Below are positions 40,700-51,832 of a DNA stretch of 64,000 bases, in pieces. How positions within the stretch are numbered: position 1 is the first letter of the stretch; each line of letters begins with the position of its first letter. Under the pieces are notes generated by a model that ran no database searches, was not told where the DNA came from, and saw nothing but the letters and a program-made list of their open reading frames with translations. The translations under genes were made by a program, and so were the position numbers. Source of the stretch: Cystobasidiomycetes sp. EMM_F5 (lineage: Eukaryota); contig JBPGPT010000018.1 in the NCBI GenBank assembly GCA_051047955.1, forward strand, positions 62,001-126,000, in the 5' to 3' direction.

Positions 40700-41602
40700 A
40701 TGGACAAGCGCAACGTGGACAAGAGGTAATTACAATTTCCCTCCCGAAATGATAATTGACTGACCGTATCTCGCTCAACGCTGATTTCCCATTGATACAA
40801 CTCTACCATCTTCATTGTGCAGTCTTTAATTAGTAGACAACGAACTCCCGCCCCACTTCCGGAGGTTGTTCAGCAATACGACGCGCGCTCCCAATATACA
40901 TACCCTCAGCAACAACGACCAGCGACGCCAAGCTCGGTCGCATCGACGCGACAGCGTCCGACCACTACAACTAGAAGCACGGGAGCTTCTTGTCTGAGAT
41001 TTAATTGCTCGCACGACAATCGATCATGCGTTCTTTGGACTGCTGGCGAGACTACGACCACCACCGAAATGCCACTAAACTCTAGACCCGCTACTCAATC
41101 GGAACCTTTTCAGAGCAGTCGCCCGCTATCGCGCTTCGCAGGGTCAAGTGGTACGGCCGGGCCTCCCGGAATGCACAGAACTATGAGTGGTCTATCTGAG
41201 ACTAGCGCAGGTGGGTTGGGAGGCTCCACTTCAATGTCCCGCCGGCCTTCGCAATCTGGTCCTGCACCTGGAGCCGAACTTTCAATCGGAAGCAGACTCT
41301 CCGAAGCACCCGGCGCGCCGCGTATCGCAGAGATGCCTTCCGGAGCACCGCAGCACCGTCGGCGAGGTTCAGAGACTTCCGTAAGGCGAGCTTCAACCGG
41401 CAGGAGAGGCTCGATTTCCAGAACACAGTACGAAGTCGGACAGGAAACAACCGTGTCGCCTCCTATGGGTACGGGCGATAACAGACGGACTCCCCGCCCC
41501 GGATCAAGCTCCTCTACAGGCGGCGGATCCATCACGCCTAGCATATCTCGTCGCAACTCCGAAGTAGGCCAACAACTGCAACAGCCTAACAAGAAAAAGT
41601 AG
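40700..41602 (+). CDS. Orphan disordered protein (family A, member 2); start uncertain
   Basis: 261-codon open frame with TTTTRSTGASCLRFNCSHDNRSCVLWTAGETTTTT and many RRxS sites. Confidence 0.6.
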
Positions 41603-42208
41603 GCAATCTAACACATCGGTCCTCATGAAAGAGTGAATATACCAGCCCATAACCGATATGCCGGACTCGAATGCTCTGCTTCTAGCCTGCTTATACCTTG
41701 ACACGTGTACAGTCAGCTGTCTGTTCTGCTACAACTATACCCATGGCCGAGCGTGGATGTGCTATATCTACTCCGTGCGGACGAGCAGAGCCAAGTCTGT
41801 GCCAGACCGGCATCATATACGCTTTAGAAGATAGAATGCTCGTTTCTACGAGCAGCATCACGTCTGCCTGCGTAACCCTACCTTCTGTTGTTGCACCTGC
41901 TAGCGATGCGGGGCATCCGTTCGCCACTAACTCGCTAATAATGCTCTGCTGCTCATTATGCACCGCCTTGACCACACAATCTTGCCTTTACTTCGTGGCC
42001 GTGACCAAGACAAAGAGTGTCGGCCACTACAAAGAGGTACTCACTGCCTTCACTGACGGTCATGCGCAGTGCTTTGGACTGCCGGCATAAAAGATTTCTC
42101 TGCTTGCAAAAATACTACCTTGTATCCGCATCTTCCCCGCAGATATCGATACACTTGCATCCTTTGGCCTTCACAACTACATTCGCTTCCTATTCTGAGC
42201 CTTTCAGC

Positions 42209-42941
42209 ATGTCTCGCCGGCCATCCACACCTCCAGTTGTGCAGCTTACGCGGGTACGGCCTACAATTTTTCGCATGATAGACAGAAGCTGACTGCGATA
42301 CAACCATTACACGCTAGGCTTCGTCAAATCAGCTGTCGACACTTCCAAACCTCCAAACCTCCTTTGATCGTCCTTCAAGCGTTACCTCTCGAATAGGAAG
42401 CACCGGGCACGGTGCGATACCTCCTGGCTCCGCATCTCCATCGCAAAGAGGCCAAAGTACTACAGTCACAGAGGGTCCGGTCTTTTGCCACACACAGTGT
42501 ACTAAAGGTCAGCGGGGCTGTATAGTATTCAGGGGATCTTCGACCACAACGACCGTTGACCCCGCGCCGCGAGTCGTTTCGAGACCGCCGAGCAATCGCT
42601 CTACAGCAACCGTACCATTCGGTTTAAACGCAACTCCGCAGCGGACTCCTACAAGCCGCCATACCGGGACAATCACCCCAACGACTGCTCATTCAGAAGT
42701 CAGCGGTAACGAGATACACATGTCAGACGGTCAACCTCGTCACGAAATCAGAGGCAGACCTGTGACAGCAATGTCAGGGCGCAGTGCAACCTGGCACAAT
42801 AGCACAACACCCGTGGAACTCGGTGATACCTCTGCAGGAAGATCACGGTCGCGTAGCCCGCTGCGTACTACCCCTGGAAGTCGCAATCGTACACCTGTAC
42901 GCCGCGCTTCGATTTCCAAATCTTCCGAGTTGGTGCCTTAG
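42209..42941 (+). CDS. Orphan disordered protein (family A, member 3)
   Basis: Exon MSRRPSTPPVVQLTR, GTACGG..GCTGAC..TAG intron, then open frame with STTVTEGPVFCHTQCTKGQRGCIVFRGSSTTTT to SKSSELVP-stop; only partly shown in the ORF track. Confidence 0.6.
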
Positions 42942-43190
42942 ACGAGTGCTTCAGGTACAGACTAAGCGGAGAATGTGCTATCCTTGCATCCACTTCCGTT
43001 GTCTCCTGTACGTCTCGCAACTTGTATACTTGTCCGTATGCCACAACCGATCGTTGCATCTTGACTGTCCGCTCTTCTCCGCACGCGAACAATATGAACA
43101 CACTTAGCGAAAGACCTTCAGATTCACTATATCAATCAAACTCATCGCTGGCTGATGGCTACAATCAATAGAGTCATGCTAATCACCTCA

Positions 43191-44855
43191 TCATTGCTGA
43201 TATGTCCACTGCTCCACCGCGTCTTTCCATGACATAAAGTACGGATTCTGAAATTTAGCAGCCTCGTCCATTCCGAATTGATGAATCCAAGGATGCCCCG
43301 CGCGGCTAGAGCTTGTGTGCTCACTAGCGACGTTGTGTCCGTACCACCAGTACTGTGCGTGTTCCTCCGGATTTGTGCTTTGTGGCGGGAGACCGTACCT
43401 GCCAACGATTCCGACAGTAAAAAAACCACGGCAATCGTCGCACCAGAAGTTCTCGGACAGATGTCCAGCAAGAGCTCGGAAGGCGGCCACTTGCTTAGCG
43501 CTCAGCGGGTTCTGCTGGTTGTGGGCAAGGAAGTGTATCATCGACCAGACCTGGTTGGGCTGGGCAGACAGCGTACCAGCTCGGGCTAGTGCCAATGCGA
43601 TATTGCTGCCACTTATTTCCGCCTGCTTGGTACAGTCTTGTGTGCTGCCTAGCGAATTAGGGTCACCGGCAGCTTTGACTACATCGTTGAAGCTGGGGAT
43701 CGCTCCAATGAGATGCGTTGGCCATAACGCAGCTGCAATGTTATAAGACTTCTTCTGCGTATCATATACTTGTGCTCCGAGGCTAGTATTGCGATTCCAG
43801 AACGCACAGTCTCCCGGGGACGCGACCTCGCCTGGGAAAAGAAGGATGAAGCGATGGAGGGCCGCGATTGCGAGAGTCTGGTTCAGTCCGCCTTTTGAAG
43901 TATTCGAAGCGGTTCTGGGACACTCGGTCGAGTCCCACCATGGTCCAGAATAGCAGATATCTTTGGGGCGTTGAGGCAGGCAGGTTGATGGGCTGACCTC
44001 ATAATCCGGACCTGTGCAGACGAGCCCAGGACCACAGACAAGAGGGCGCGCAAATGGCTTGCCATCTTCTTGCCGTTTGAAAGACAAGCCGAACTCATTT
44101 TCGAAAGCTCCGAATTCGAGCGGGTTGCCGATACAACTTTGCTGAGCTGTACGATACTTGACACAGGTTCCTCTAGCTGGCTTCCATGTTTCAATCTTGG
44201 GTCCCATGCTGAGGCCAAAGTCGCCAAGTGTGCTATCAACACACATTTGCTGGTAGCTTGCCAGAAAAGCCTTGTCGGTTGAGTTGGCAGCGATGGCAGC
44301 AGCTTCAAAGCAGTATTCGGACTGAGGAGTAGTACCATCGGCATTCATAGCCCACCGCCCCCACTTTTCGTGAATATCCACCATGCACCATTCGTCAGAT
44401 CCGCATATGCCGGGATTCTCGTAACAATCGGGTCGAGCAGGGATTGGACAGAAGACGTCGTCACACCTGAGCTTGACAAAATCGCCCTTTGAGACGGTAC
44501 GGAGGACAGGTGTGTCACCAGAAGTATCGGCGTAGGTCATGTTTTGACTGGCAATGGCACAGCCGAATTGCGTAAAATACATCGGTTGATCAGCAATGGG
44601 TGTTCCACAGTCGATAGAGTTGTTGTTGCTGTTGACATATTGACGTTCATAGCGGTTTGAGCGTGTCTGTAAGCCAGCGCCGCCGCCACTGCGTTGCGCT
44701 TGGGCGGCGGCCCAATGTCCAACCACTGCATCAGACCAGAATTGTCGGTAGTGGCTCGGAGACGCCGATACACGGCAGGACAGGGCTAAAAGGAGGATTA
44801 TGAGCAAGCTAGACTGCTTGGGTATATGCGAAAACCTCGGTTGTGCGGGCAACAT
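43191..44855 (-). CDS. Secreted Cys-rich protein with C-terminal Erv1/ALR-type sulfhydryl oxidase domain, intronless
   Basis: Hydrophobic N-terminal LLIILLLALSCRVSA; Cys-rich middle; VWSMIHFLA..FWCDDCRGFF..YWWYGHNVASEH matching the Erv W-x3-H / CxxC / W-x3-HN pattern. Confidence 0.72.
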   Translation of the reverse strand: MLPAQPRFSHIPKQSSLLIILLLALSCRVSASPSHYRQFWSDAVVGHWAAAQAQRSGGGAGLQTRSNRYERQYVNSNNNSIDCGTPIADQPMYFTQFGCAIASQNMTYADTSGDTPVLRTVSKGDFVKLRCDDVFCPIPARPDCYENPGICGSDEWCMVDIHEKWGRWAMNADGTTPQSEYCFEAAAIAANSTDKAFLASYQQMCVDSTLGDFGLSMGPKIETWKPARGTCVKYRTAQQSCIGNPLEFGAFENEFGLSFKRQEDGKPFARPLVCGPGLVCTGPDYEVSPSTCLPQRPKDICYSGPWWDSTECPRTASNTSKGGLNQTLAIAALHRFILLFPGEVASPGDCAFWNRNTSLGAQVYDTQKKSYNIAAALWPTHLIGAIPSFNDVVKAAGDPNSLGSTQDCTKQAEISGSNIALALARAGTLSAQPNQVWSMIHFLAHNQQNPLSAKQVAAFRALAGHLSENFWCDDCRGFFTVGIVGRYGLPPQSTNPEEHAQYWWYGHNVASEHTSSSRAGHPWIHQFGMDEAAKFQNPYFMSWKDAVEQWTYQQ

Positions 44856-45790
44856 GCCCAGCTGCTCGGTGCCGAGAATGTAGCAAATTGAGTGGTAGCA
44901 GGCGAATCAGCCGTACGAGCGTAGTTGGGGTGGGCTGAAGCACACAAAGATTGCCATTCTTTCGCTTGACTTCTGGAGGAGGTGTCGCCACCATGAGGCC
45001 CCGCCATGCAAAAAACCTCCGGTATGGAGGCCAGAAGCGGCAGCATAGTTGCCAAGAGTTGCCTGTCACAGTCGCGACAGGGATAACGTTATGGCCATGG
45101 CCAGCGTGCCTGTACGAATGGATGTCAGTGGGTCAGTCACTCAAAAGTTAGTTCCTGCAACTGCCAATTGCGGCGAGGCAGCACCCAATCAGCCTATTCA
45201 GCCCATTCAGCCTAACTAGCACGTTCCGTAACGAAGCTGTCGTGCGTGTTATAGCCTGTGGTAGAGTATAGCTGGTGCCAGCGTCTTCCAGGTCAGTTCC
45301 AGCTCATGATACACCGTCTTCAGCTCGAACAGCCCAGATTAGAGCAGAGCACATCGGGCGAGTCGTGTCCATTGGTCGCAGCTGACACAGGCTCCGATAT
45401 ACACCCAAGGACCATCTCCCGCTCAGCAAACTGACAAGTTGAAGCAATCTCAAGCTGACTCTGAGATCTGACGGATTTCTACACAACGTCGAATAGAAAC
45501 AACGTCAGCGGCTTGTCGTCAGCTGCACGAACAGCCAGTCCAAGTCGGCAGTGCCCACCTCAGTCGTGGTGATACGGCTGGCGTCAGGTGATGAGCCGCC
45601 CCTTGTGCAGAAGACACAGCAACAACGCCCAAATGCCACAGCCCATTGCAAGGTCTATAAAGTGCTCTACGGTATACGTGGTGCTTCTTGTCTTTCTAAT
45701 CCGCTGAAACACCAAGCACGAGCCCGAGCATCACAATCTACCAATCTTTCATCACAACCCTCACGCCACTTTCTCCGTACAATACGCATC

Positions 45791-46481
45791 ATGTCCGCAC
45801 GAACACCCTCAGTACGTCTTTATTCGTCATGCATCGCAGTCTCAAGTACTGATCTGCCTTGATCGTCACCAGAATTCAGGTCCTCGACGACCATCCATCA
45901 ATACTCAAGTGACTCCCACATTCAGAGTAAACAGCCACACACCGCCCTCTGCTCTATCTGCGCGCAGCTCGACTGAAGCTACCAGTCGTCGACCCATCCT
46001 CACAACGACGCATGGACGTAGATTTTGCTTCAAGGATGATGGTGGGTGTGGACTTTACGAGGGTCCCAAGACTGTCCAGGAGCAGGCACAACCTCCCATG
46101 CCGAGGCACTACACCAAGCGACCGTTGGGTAGATATGCCCTTCCCTCCAACATCGCTCGTACCACATCAATGGCCTCTACTCCTTCTCCACTACCACCAA
46201 ACAACGAGCGACCGGTCAGTCAGCTCAGTGCCAGTGCCCAATCTCAACTTTCTGAATTGTCAAACTCTGGCGGATTACGACAAGAACTTCCCGCTGCGAA
46301 GGCACCTGTGGAAATGCCTGCTACTGAGGCATATGAAATGCAGACGCCGATTCAGTCGAAAAAACCGCCTCGCAGAAATTCGAGCTCCCTGCTAGTATCG
46401 CCACAGTCGGCTGGCAACAGTCCAGGCTTAGGCGTGAAGCGGCACGATTCTGCGGGACTTGCTACACCACCACACCACTGA
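45791..46481 (+). CDS. Orphan disordered protein (family A, member 4, most divergent)
   Basis: Exon MSARTPS, GTACGT intron, long exon with LTTTHGRRFCFKDDGGCGLYEGPKTV. Confidence 0.55.
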
Positions 46482-46779
46482 TTCGTCATCATGAATCGGC
46501 CGACATAAACTGTCAAGTCAGAACCCCCATTGAAGGAGCGTACTTTGGACACAAAACGTCCAGTCTCCCTGTGCTCTTCTGCAGACGCAATGTACTCTTT
46601 TACAGCGCAATGTACTCTTTTCATCCATAGTCTACATTCATGAAATAGCAGCTATTCATTCCCTAAAATCTCGATGAAACTCGCACTTATGATACACTGT
46701 CCTTAGCTTTTGTCGAAACCTATTCGTGTTTGTCGTGCGCTACATGCGATGTCAAAATCCAAGACAGGGTGTGCGACCA

Positions 46780-47832
46780 TCAAGATGAAGGCGATGTCCA
46801 TACCAGAGTGACGGCGACGACTAGCAGACCAACATACACTGTCAGAAAAGCAGTGACAATGCGAGTTGACATTTTTTTCTTTTGCAGCGCGTCCATGTTG
46901 TTCCGATAGTACCTGTAGCGTGCCAGGGGACCAGCTCTACGTGCTTCCGCCCTCGCCGTTTCCTTTTCAAACAGCATCTCTTCGTAATCCTCGCGCGTGC
47001 CTACAAAGTAGTCTGGTGAGGCTTTCCCAACCTTTACGCTGATAAAGTTGAGCGAGTCGGGCGGTACTTCAAAGTCGGAATACAACCCAGAGGAGGCAGT
47101 CTCCGACTTTGCGGTGTCATTGCTGGAGATAGTGCCCTGACTTGGACGAGCAAGAGGACGCACAAAGCACCTGTTCTTGTCCGAGTCTTGCTCGTCGACA
47201 GCCAGTAGGTTTCTGCGCGCAGAAAAGGCAGGGGACAGGCAACATCGACCAGTGATAGCACCTGCAAAAACTTCGGGCACAATAATGGCCAGTTTGCGAT
47301 CCTTGACGTCCATGTAGAGGTCAAAGGGGGTGACAGTGCCAGTCCCGGTATTGCGCTGCATATATACAAATCAGTAAGATGGGACGTCATTGCCGCTTTT
47401 GAAATGAGGAAAGATGCCCACAATCTCCACGACTCCGTTGCTCGCGAGTTCGGTAGCGTCCACCTTGAGCTTTGCTCGCTGGGATCCCTGCAGGGTGATT
47501 ACTATATCCAAATCGCCTGCTCCGACTGCAATCTCCGCATTCTGTGCGTCATGCCGCTCGACGACGTCGTTGAATCTCCCAATCTCCGCCGGCAAGTCTG
47601 TGTTGACATTGTAGTGGGTCTTGAGGTCCTGCTTCCTGCCTCGTTTGTCGAGAATGAAGTTACGGGCTGCGTTGCCGTCACTCGACAGTCTCGGGGGATA
47701 GGTCGATGAGCCATAATAGGCCGGTGGTGCTGCAGTCAACCTCGCCGCAGTGGTCGTATCCGAAGACTCGCTCGTTCTGCTGCCATGCTCGATATCGTCG
47801 TCGTTGTCAATTAGCTTGACGTACGCAGACAT
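46780..47832 (-). CDS. Hypothetical tail-anchored membrane protein with beta-rich core (2 exons)
   Basis: Two ORFs joined by a GTGGGC..CAG intron; PPAY motif near N-terminus; basic patch then single C-terminal TM helix. Confidence 0.65.
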
Positions 47833-48135
47833 GGGCAGAAGGCAACGTTCAAATGCAAGTCAACAAGAAAGCAATTGGAATAATAATAATGCTCAACTCA
47901 AATGGAATGCAATGCGTTATTCTATACTAATCCTCATTCTAATGCTCCATTCCAATCCTTCTAATCCACTCTACCGTATTTCCACCTCCCTCCTGATGTC
48001 TCTCCTGCGCCCCGATGTGCCAAGCGAGCAAACGTTCAACGAAACATGTACCGACAGCTGACATGGATGGATGCTGGCTGATGCGCAGACTGATTTGCTG
48101 GCTGGTTGGCTGCTGACCATTTCCATCGACTGACC

Positions 48136-49605
48136 ATGGTCCACATCCCCCGGTGGTCCCGCCTGAGCTACGGCGTGTCGCTGTCATTCGGCGCAGTCAC
48201 CTCGCTATGTCTGTACGCATTCTTCGTCGCTACCCTCGCAGGCCTCTTCGCCTTCAACTTTATCACCCAGACGAAACAGCGCGTGTGCACGGGTTACGAC
48301 TCGCTGGCCTTTGGAGGTGAGTGGGATGGCATGGCTTGTGCGTTGTTACGCAGTTCTCTGATCCGTTGGATGGCAGACTCTGGCAACAGCTGCGAGCCAG
48401 CATCTATCGCATTCGCCCAGCCGTACTTTACTCAGCCCGCTCACACCTCGACCAACACCACTTCCAGCTCTTCAGCTGCATCTGTTGGCCTCTTTCCATG
48501 GATCAATCTCGTGTTTGGGGACGGATCAGATATCCCATTCTTCGACTACGGCGTCCGACAAGTAAACTACAGCGGCGAGGCATTCAAGTGCGAGCCCTAT
48601 TTCACAGCCATTGACCTCCGCCTGCCTGACTACATCAAAGGTGGCGGATGCTTCTATTGCGGAAACAGTCTGCGAGTGCTGTGCACTACAGTAGACAGCG
48701 CAGGCTCGGGTCTACCTCCAGCTAGCGTACAACACTTCTTTCCCCTCATCAACGGTGTCGCTCAGCTTTCGTCTATACTCGACACCATACCCCCCTCGGC
48801 TATCAATAACGGGGTCCCGCTCGCTATCCAGGTAGCTACCTACTCGCAAATATCTGGACTTGATCCCAATACACTACCATGGGACGCAAAGGGGAATCGC
48901 ACAGAGGCAGTTCTAGGCACTTCTAGAGGAAATGTGCCAATCTCGCCACAGAGTGAAAACTCAGCTCTTGCAACAATAGCAAACTCGGCTATCAGCTTGC
49001 GTAAGTCAGGGTGTATCACAGCAAAGACGCATACCTGCTGATCGCGTCGTTACATCGTTACAGTCAATCTCAGCCTCGCAGCATTGACTGCTGATCTGAA
49101 CGGCGTGGGCGGGAGTGGACGATCACTGCTGGTCACTTATCGATGCGAGCGCTGCGAACAGCGCTACAAGCCGACTCGAGAAATCATCGCCATCGTGAGT
49201 CGCGTCTTACTACCAACGTTGCTGCGAACTCTTGCTAACTCTCCTTTCGTACCACAGCTCATCTCTTCAATCTCCGCGGTGCTTTTTCCCGCATTTGCAA
49301 TTGCGAAAATAGTCGCCGAGATGCTAGCGCCAAACAAAGAGGAGAACAGGATGTATGCTGATAAAGATCCTTCGCCCATCACGGGCTCTTCAGCCCCGTC
49401 AGCCTATGCAGGAGGAGGGAACGGTATTCCAATGTCGGGGTACGGGTATGCCCCAGCGCCATATGATCCAAGTGCACAGTATTCAGGTAATGCATCAGGG
49501 GCTGGTGGCATTGCATTGGCACAGCAGCCGGTACTCTACGGTCAACAGGGTCAGCATCAAGGATATCCATACACGCCGACGGAACAGTACGACGCAGCCA
49601 AGTAG
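48136..49605 (+). CDS. Hypothetical two-TM membrane protein with Cys-containing extracellular loop and Tyr/Pro/Gly/Gln tail (3 exons)
   Basis: N-terminal TM (CLYAFFVATLAGLFAFNFI), loop with several Cys and N-glycosylation sequons, second TM, GYGYAPAPYD..QGYPY tail. Confidence 0.7.
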
Positions 49606-49901
49606 AGCCTAGTCAGTTTTCTATGATGAAGACCGCAAAATTGATAGTACTCAAGGGTAGAGCTTGGGTGTAACGAGTGTCTAGAGAACCCAGCAAATCT
49701 GCATTCACAATCCAGGTAATGATACGGCCTGTTACGTTGCTTATCCAGGTCATCATAACGTTTTGCTATGCCGATTTCTGGTGTTACAAGTATTTCGCTT
49801 TACTTATTTAGTTCAAACGTCTACGCAAGCTAAAAGTTGAGCTGATGTCCGTAGTACGGCAAAAAGCTGATTGCACCACTCGTCGCCGTAACAAAAACGC
49901 A

Positions 49902-50636
49902 TTATGCTACAAAGTGACCTCGCCAGTAGATGAGATGGGCGACTTGACCATAGGCACGGTCGTCGACGTCAATAGTATCATACATCGGGTTGCCCTGGTG
50001 CTTGTCGCTGACCGTAACGAAGTATCGCAGATGCGATGGGAGGTCGAGAAGCCTTGAGGGCGACTCAACGCTGGAACGCGGTATGCACCTACCACCTTTG
50101 TACCAATGTGATCTGCTAGGTATGTGCGGATTGGCAAGCACGCGATGTGTAGCTACAGCTGCTGTAGTTCGCAGGTTCGGATTGGACGCTGAATTCCGCG
50201 GACTTGGATTGGCTACTGCAGTTTGCGGACTCGTATTGGAGACCGAATTTCGTGGACTCGGATTGGAAGCACGGCGTTGTTGATGCGAAACAGCACCACT
50301 CTGTATGACTGGCGTGTTCCCAGCGGAGCTAGAACTGCGTTGTCCGACAGGCGCTGCCGCCGAGGGTCCACTGCTGAACATCCGCACTGCTTCTTTGTAC
50401 AGTACGTCACCGTGGTGTAAACGAATCGCGATATGTTTGTGAGGAGAAGGCTCTATTCCTTGCGATGTTTCCGGAGCTGCAATGACATAGTAGCTAGATG
50501 GAGCGATCCGGTGCCGTTTGCCTAAGACGAGCTTTTGGCAGACGTAGCGGATTGGAGAGGTGACGATGGTGCTTGGTTGAGCATTGTTGGTAGCCGTTCG
50601 CCCGCCACTAGCCGCAAGCATCGGAGGGCCAGACAT
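49902..50636 (-). CDS. Orphan protein (family B, member 1), coding region intronless
   Basis: 244-aa ORF sharing blocks with the next gene (RYxC, YVIA, LYxEAxRxF, PSRSxWYKGG, ESPxxxLDLP, GQVAHxIY); internal NPSPRNS repeats. Confidence 0.7.
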   Translation of the reverse strand: MSGPPMLAASGGRTATNNAQPSTIVTSPIRYVCQKLVLGKRHRIAPSSYYVIAAPETSQGIEPSPHKHIAIRLHHGDVLYKEAVRMFSSGPSAAAPVGQRSSSSAGNTPVIQSGAVSHQQRRASNPSPRNSVSNTSPQTAVANPSPRNSASNPNLRTTAAVATHRVLANPHIPSRSHWYKGGRCIPRSSVESPSRLLDLPSHLRYFVTVSDKHQGNPMYDTIDVDDRAYGQVAHLIYWRGHFVA

Positions 50637-51151
50637 CGAGCTGTGAGCGAAAGTGATTATACTGATGGTCAGTACAGATCGGTGTAAGCGTGAGAGATGG
50701 CCAGTAAACTGGAGTCTGCAGACAAGCTGTTGAATTGGCGATGTCTTACAGGCAAGTGGTAGACTCGGGGCAGTGCCTTACCTTACAGTCAGTCAATGCG
50801 ATGCAGGCATATATGTAATTCATTGTAAGTAGTATTGATGTGGTATCAGCCCTCACTTCATGTTGAGTAATGCATCCAGCCTTCGATATATCTGCACGCG
50901 CCTATTGATCAGCATGACGCGGCGAAATAGAAAAAACTGAATCATCGCGGTCGACGCAGTTTCGGAATCGAGTATGAAGGCATATGTCGCGCTTCACTGT
51001 TTTTGCACAAGCACACATCCTGAGAGCTTTTCAGGTCGGAGACTGTCATCAAAACAACAGCCATGACTTTGCTGCTACAAGTCCTGGGAGCGGGAAAAAG
51101 CTCTTTTTGCGGACACCGGATCTTGTTGCGGAGAAATGAGACATTCAGCCA

Positions 51152-51832
51152 TTAGCCTCGCAGGTTCGCAGCCCTTGTGATCCTCGCGGGCAGCGGCGTG
51201 ACTGAGGCTCTTTCCCATGATCTCGCCCTGAAGTAGATGCGGTGAGCGACTTGGCCAAAATCCCGATAAGAAACAGTGACATTGTGACGGAGTGCGTCGC
51301 CCGTATCTCTTTCGTTCACGGTGACGATTGGTCTCCATTCTAGGGGAAGGTCAAGGACTGATGCTGGCGACTCGATTTCGGCCGGATTCAGTTTACCGCC
51401 CTTGTACCACGGCGATCTGCTGGGAAGGAGCGGTCTGTCTTGACCGAGCGGAAACAAAAGGCTCTCGACTGGAGTAGCACTTAGAGAGTTGCGCCAAGAA
51501 ATCGGTCTGGTTCGTCTCGTTGTTGCTTGTCCAACGATGCTACTATTACTGCTGGACATTCTCCGGTTGCTCGGCGTCTGCAAGAACAAACGCTCTGCCT
51601 CACGGTAGAGAGGAGTGCCCGATGGTACGACAACAGCAACATCGTGGTGTGGTGTACGCTTTGTAGGATCTTGTGGGCGATAATCAGTCGGTGTCGCAAT
51701 GACATAGAACGTTGATCCTGACCAACTATGGCGTTTCTGACCCTGCACTAGCCTGATGCAAGTATATCGCCGGGTTTGAGGTCTTGTCGCACCGGTCTGC
51801 AGCGTAGGTGTGCTTGCCGACTGACCGACCAT
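51152..51832 (-). CDS. Orphan protein (family B, member 2)
   Basis: Colinear similarity to 49902-50636; first in-frame ATG at 51832. Confidence 0.7.
   Translation of the reverse strand: MVGQSASTPTLQTGATRPQTRRYTCIRLVQGQKRHSWSGSTFYVIATPTDYRPQDPTKRTPHHDVAVVVPSGTPLYREAERLFLQTPSNRRMSSSNSSIVGQATTRRTRPISWRNSLSATPVESLLFPLGQDRPLLPSRSPWYKGGKLNPAEIESPASVLDLPLEWRPIVTVNERDTGDALRHNVTVSYRDFGQVAHRIYFRARSWERASVTPLPARITRAANLRG

Noticed and set aside
41698..42090. 130-aa Cys-containing ORF between family A members
   Set aside because: Non-ATG start in the track, no family motif, no convincing splice structure; likely spurious.
46586..46621. 16-bp direct repeat cgcaatgtactctttt x2
   Set aside because: Only two copies in a 3' UTR/terminator zone; local slippage, not CRISPR or a target-site duplication.
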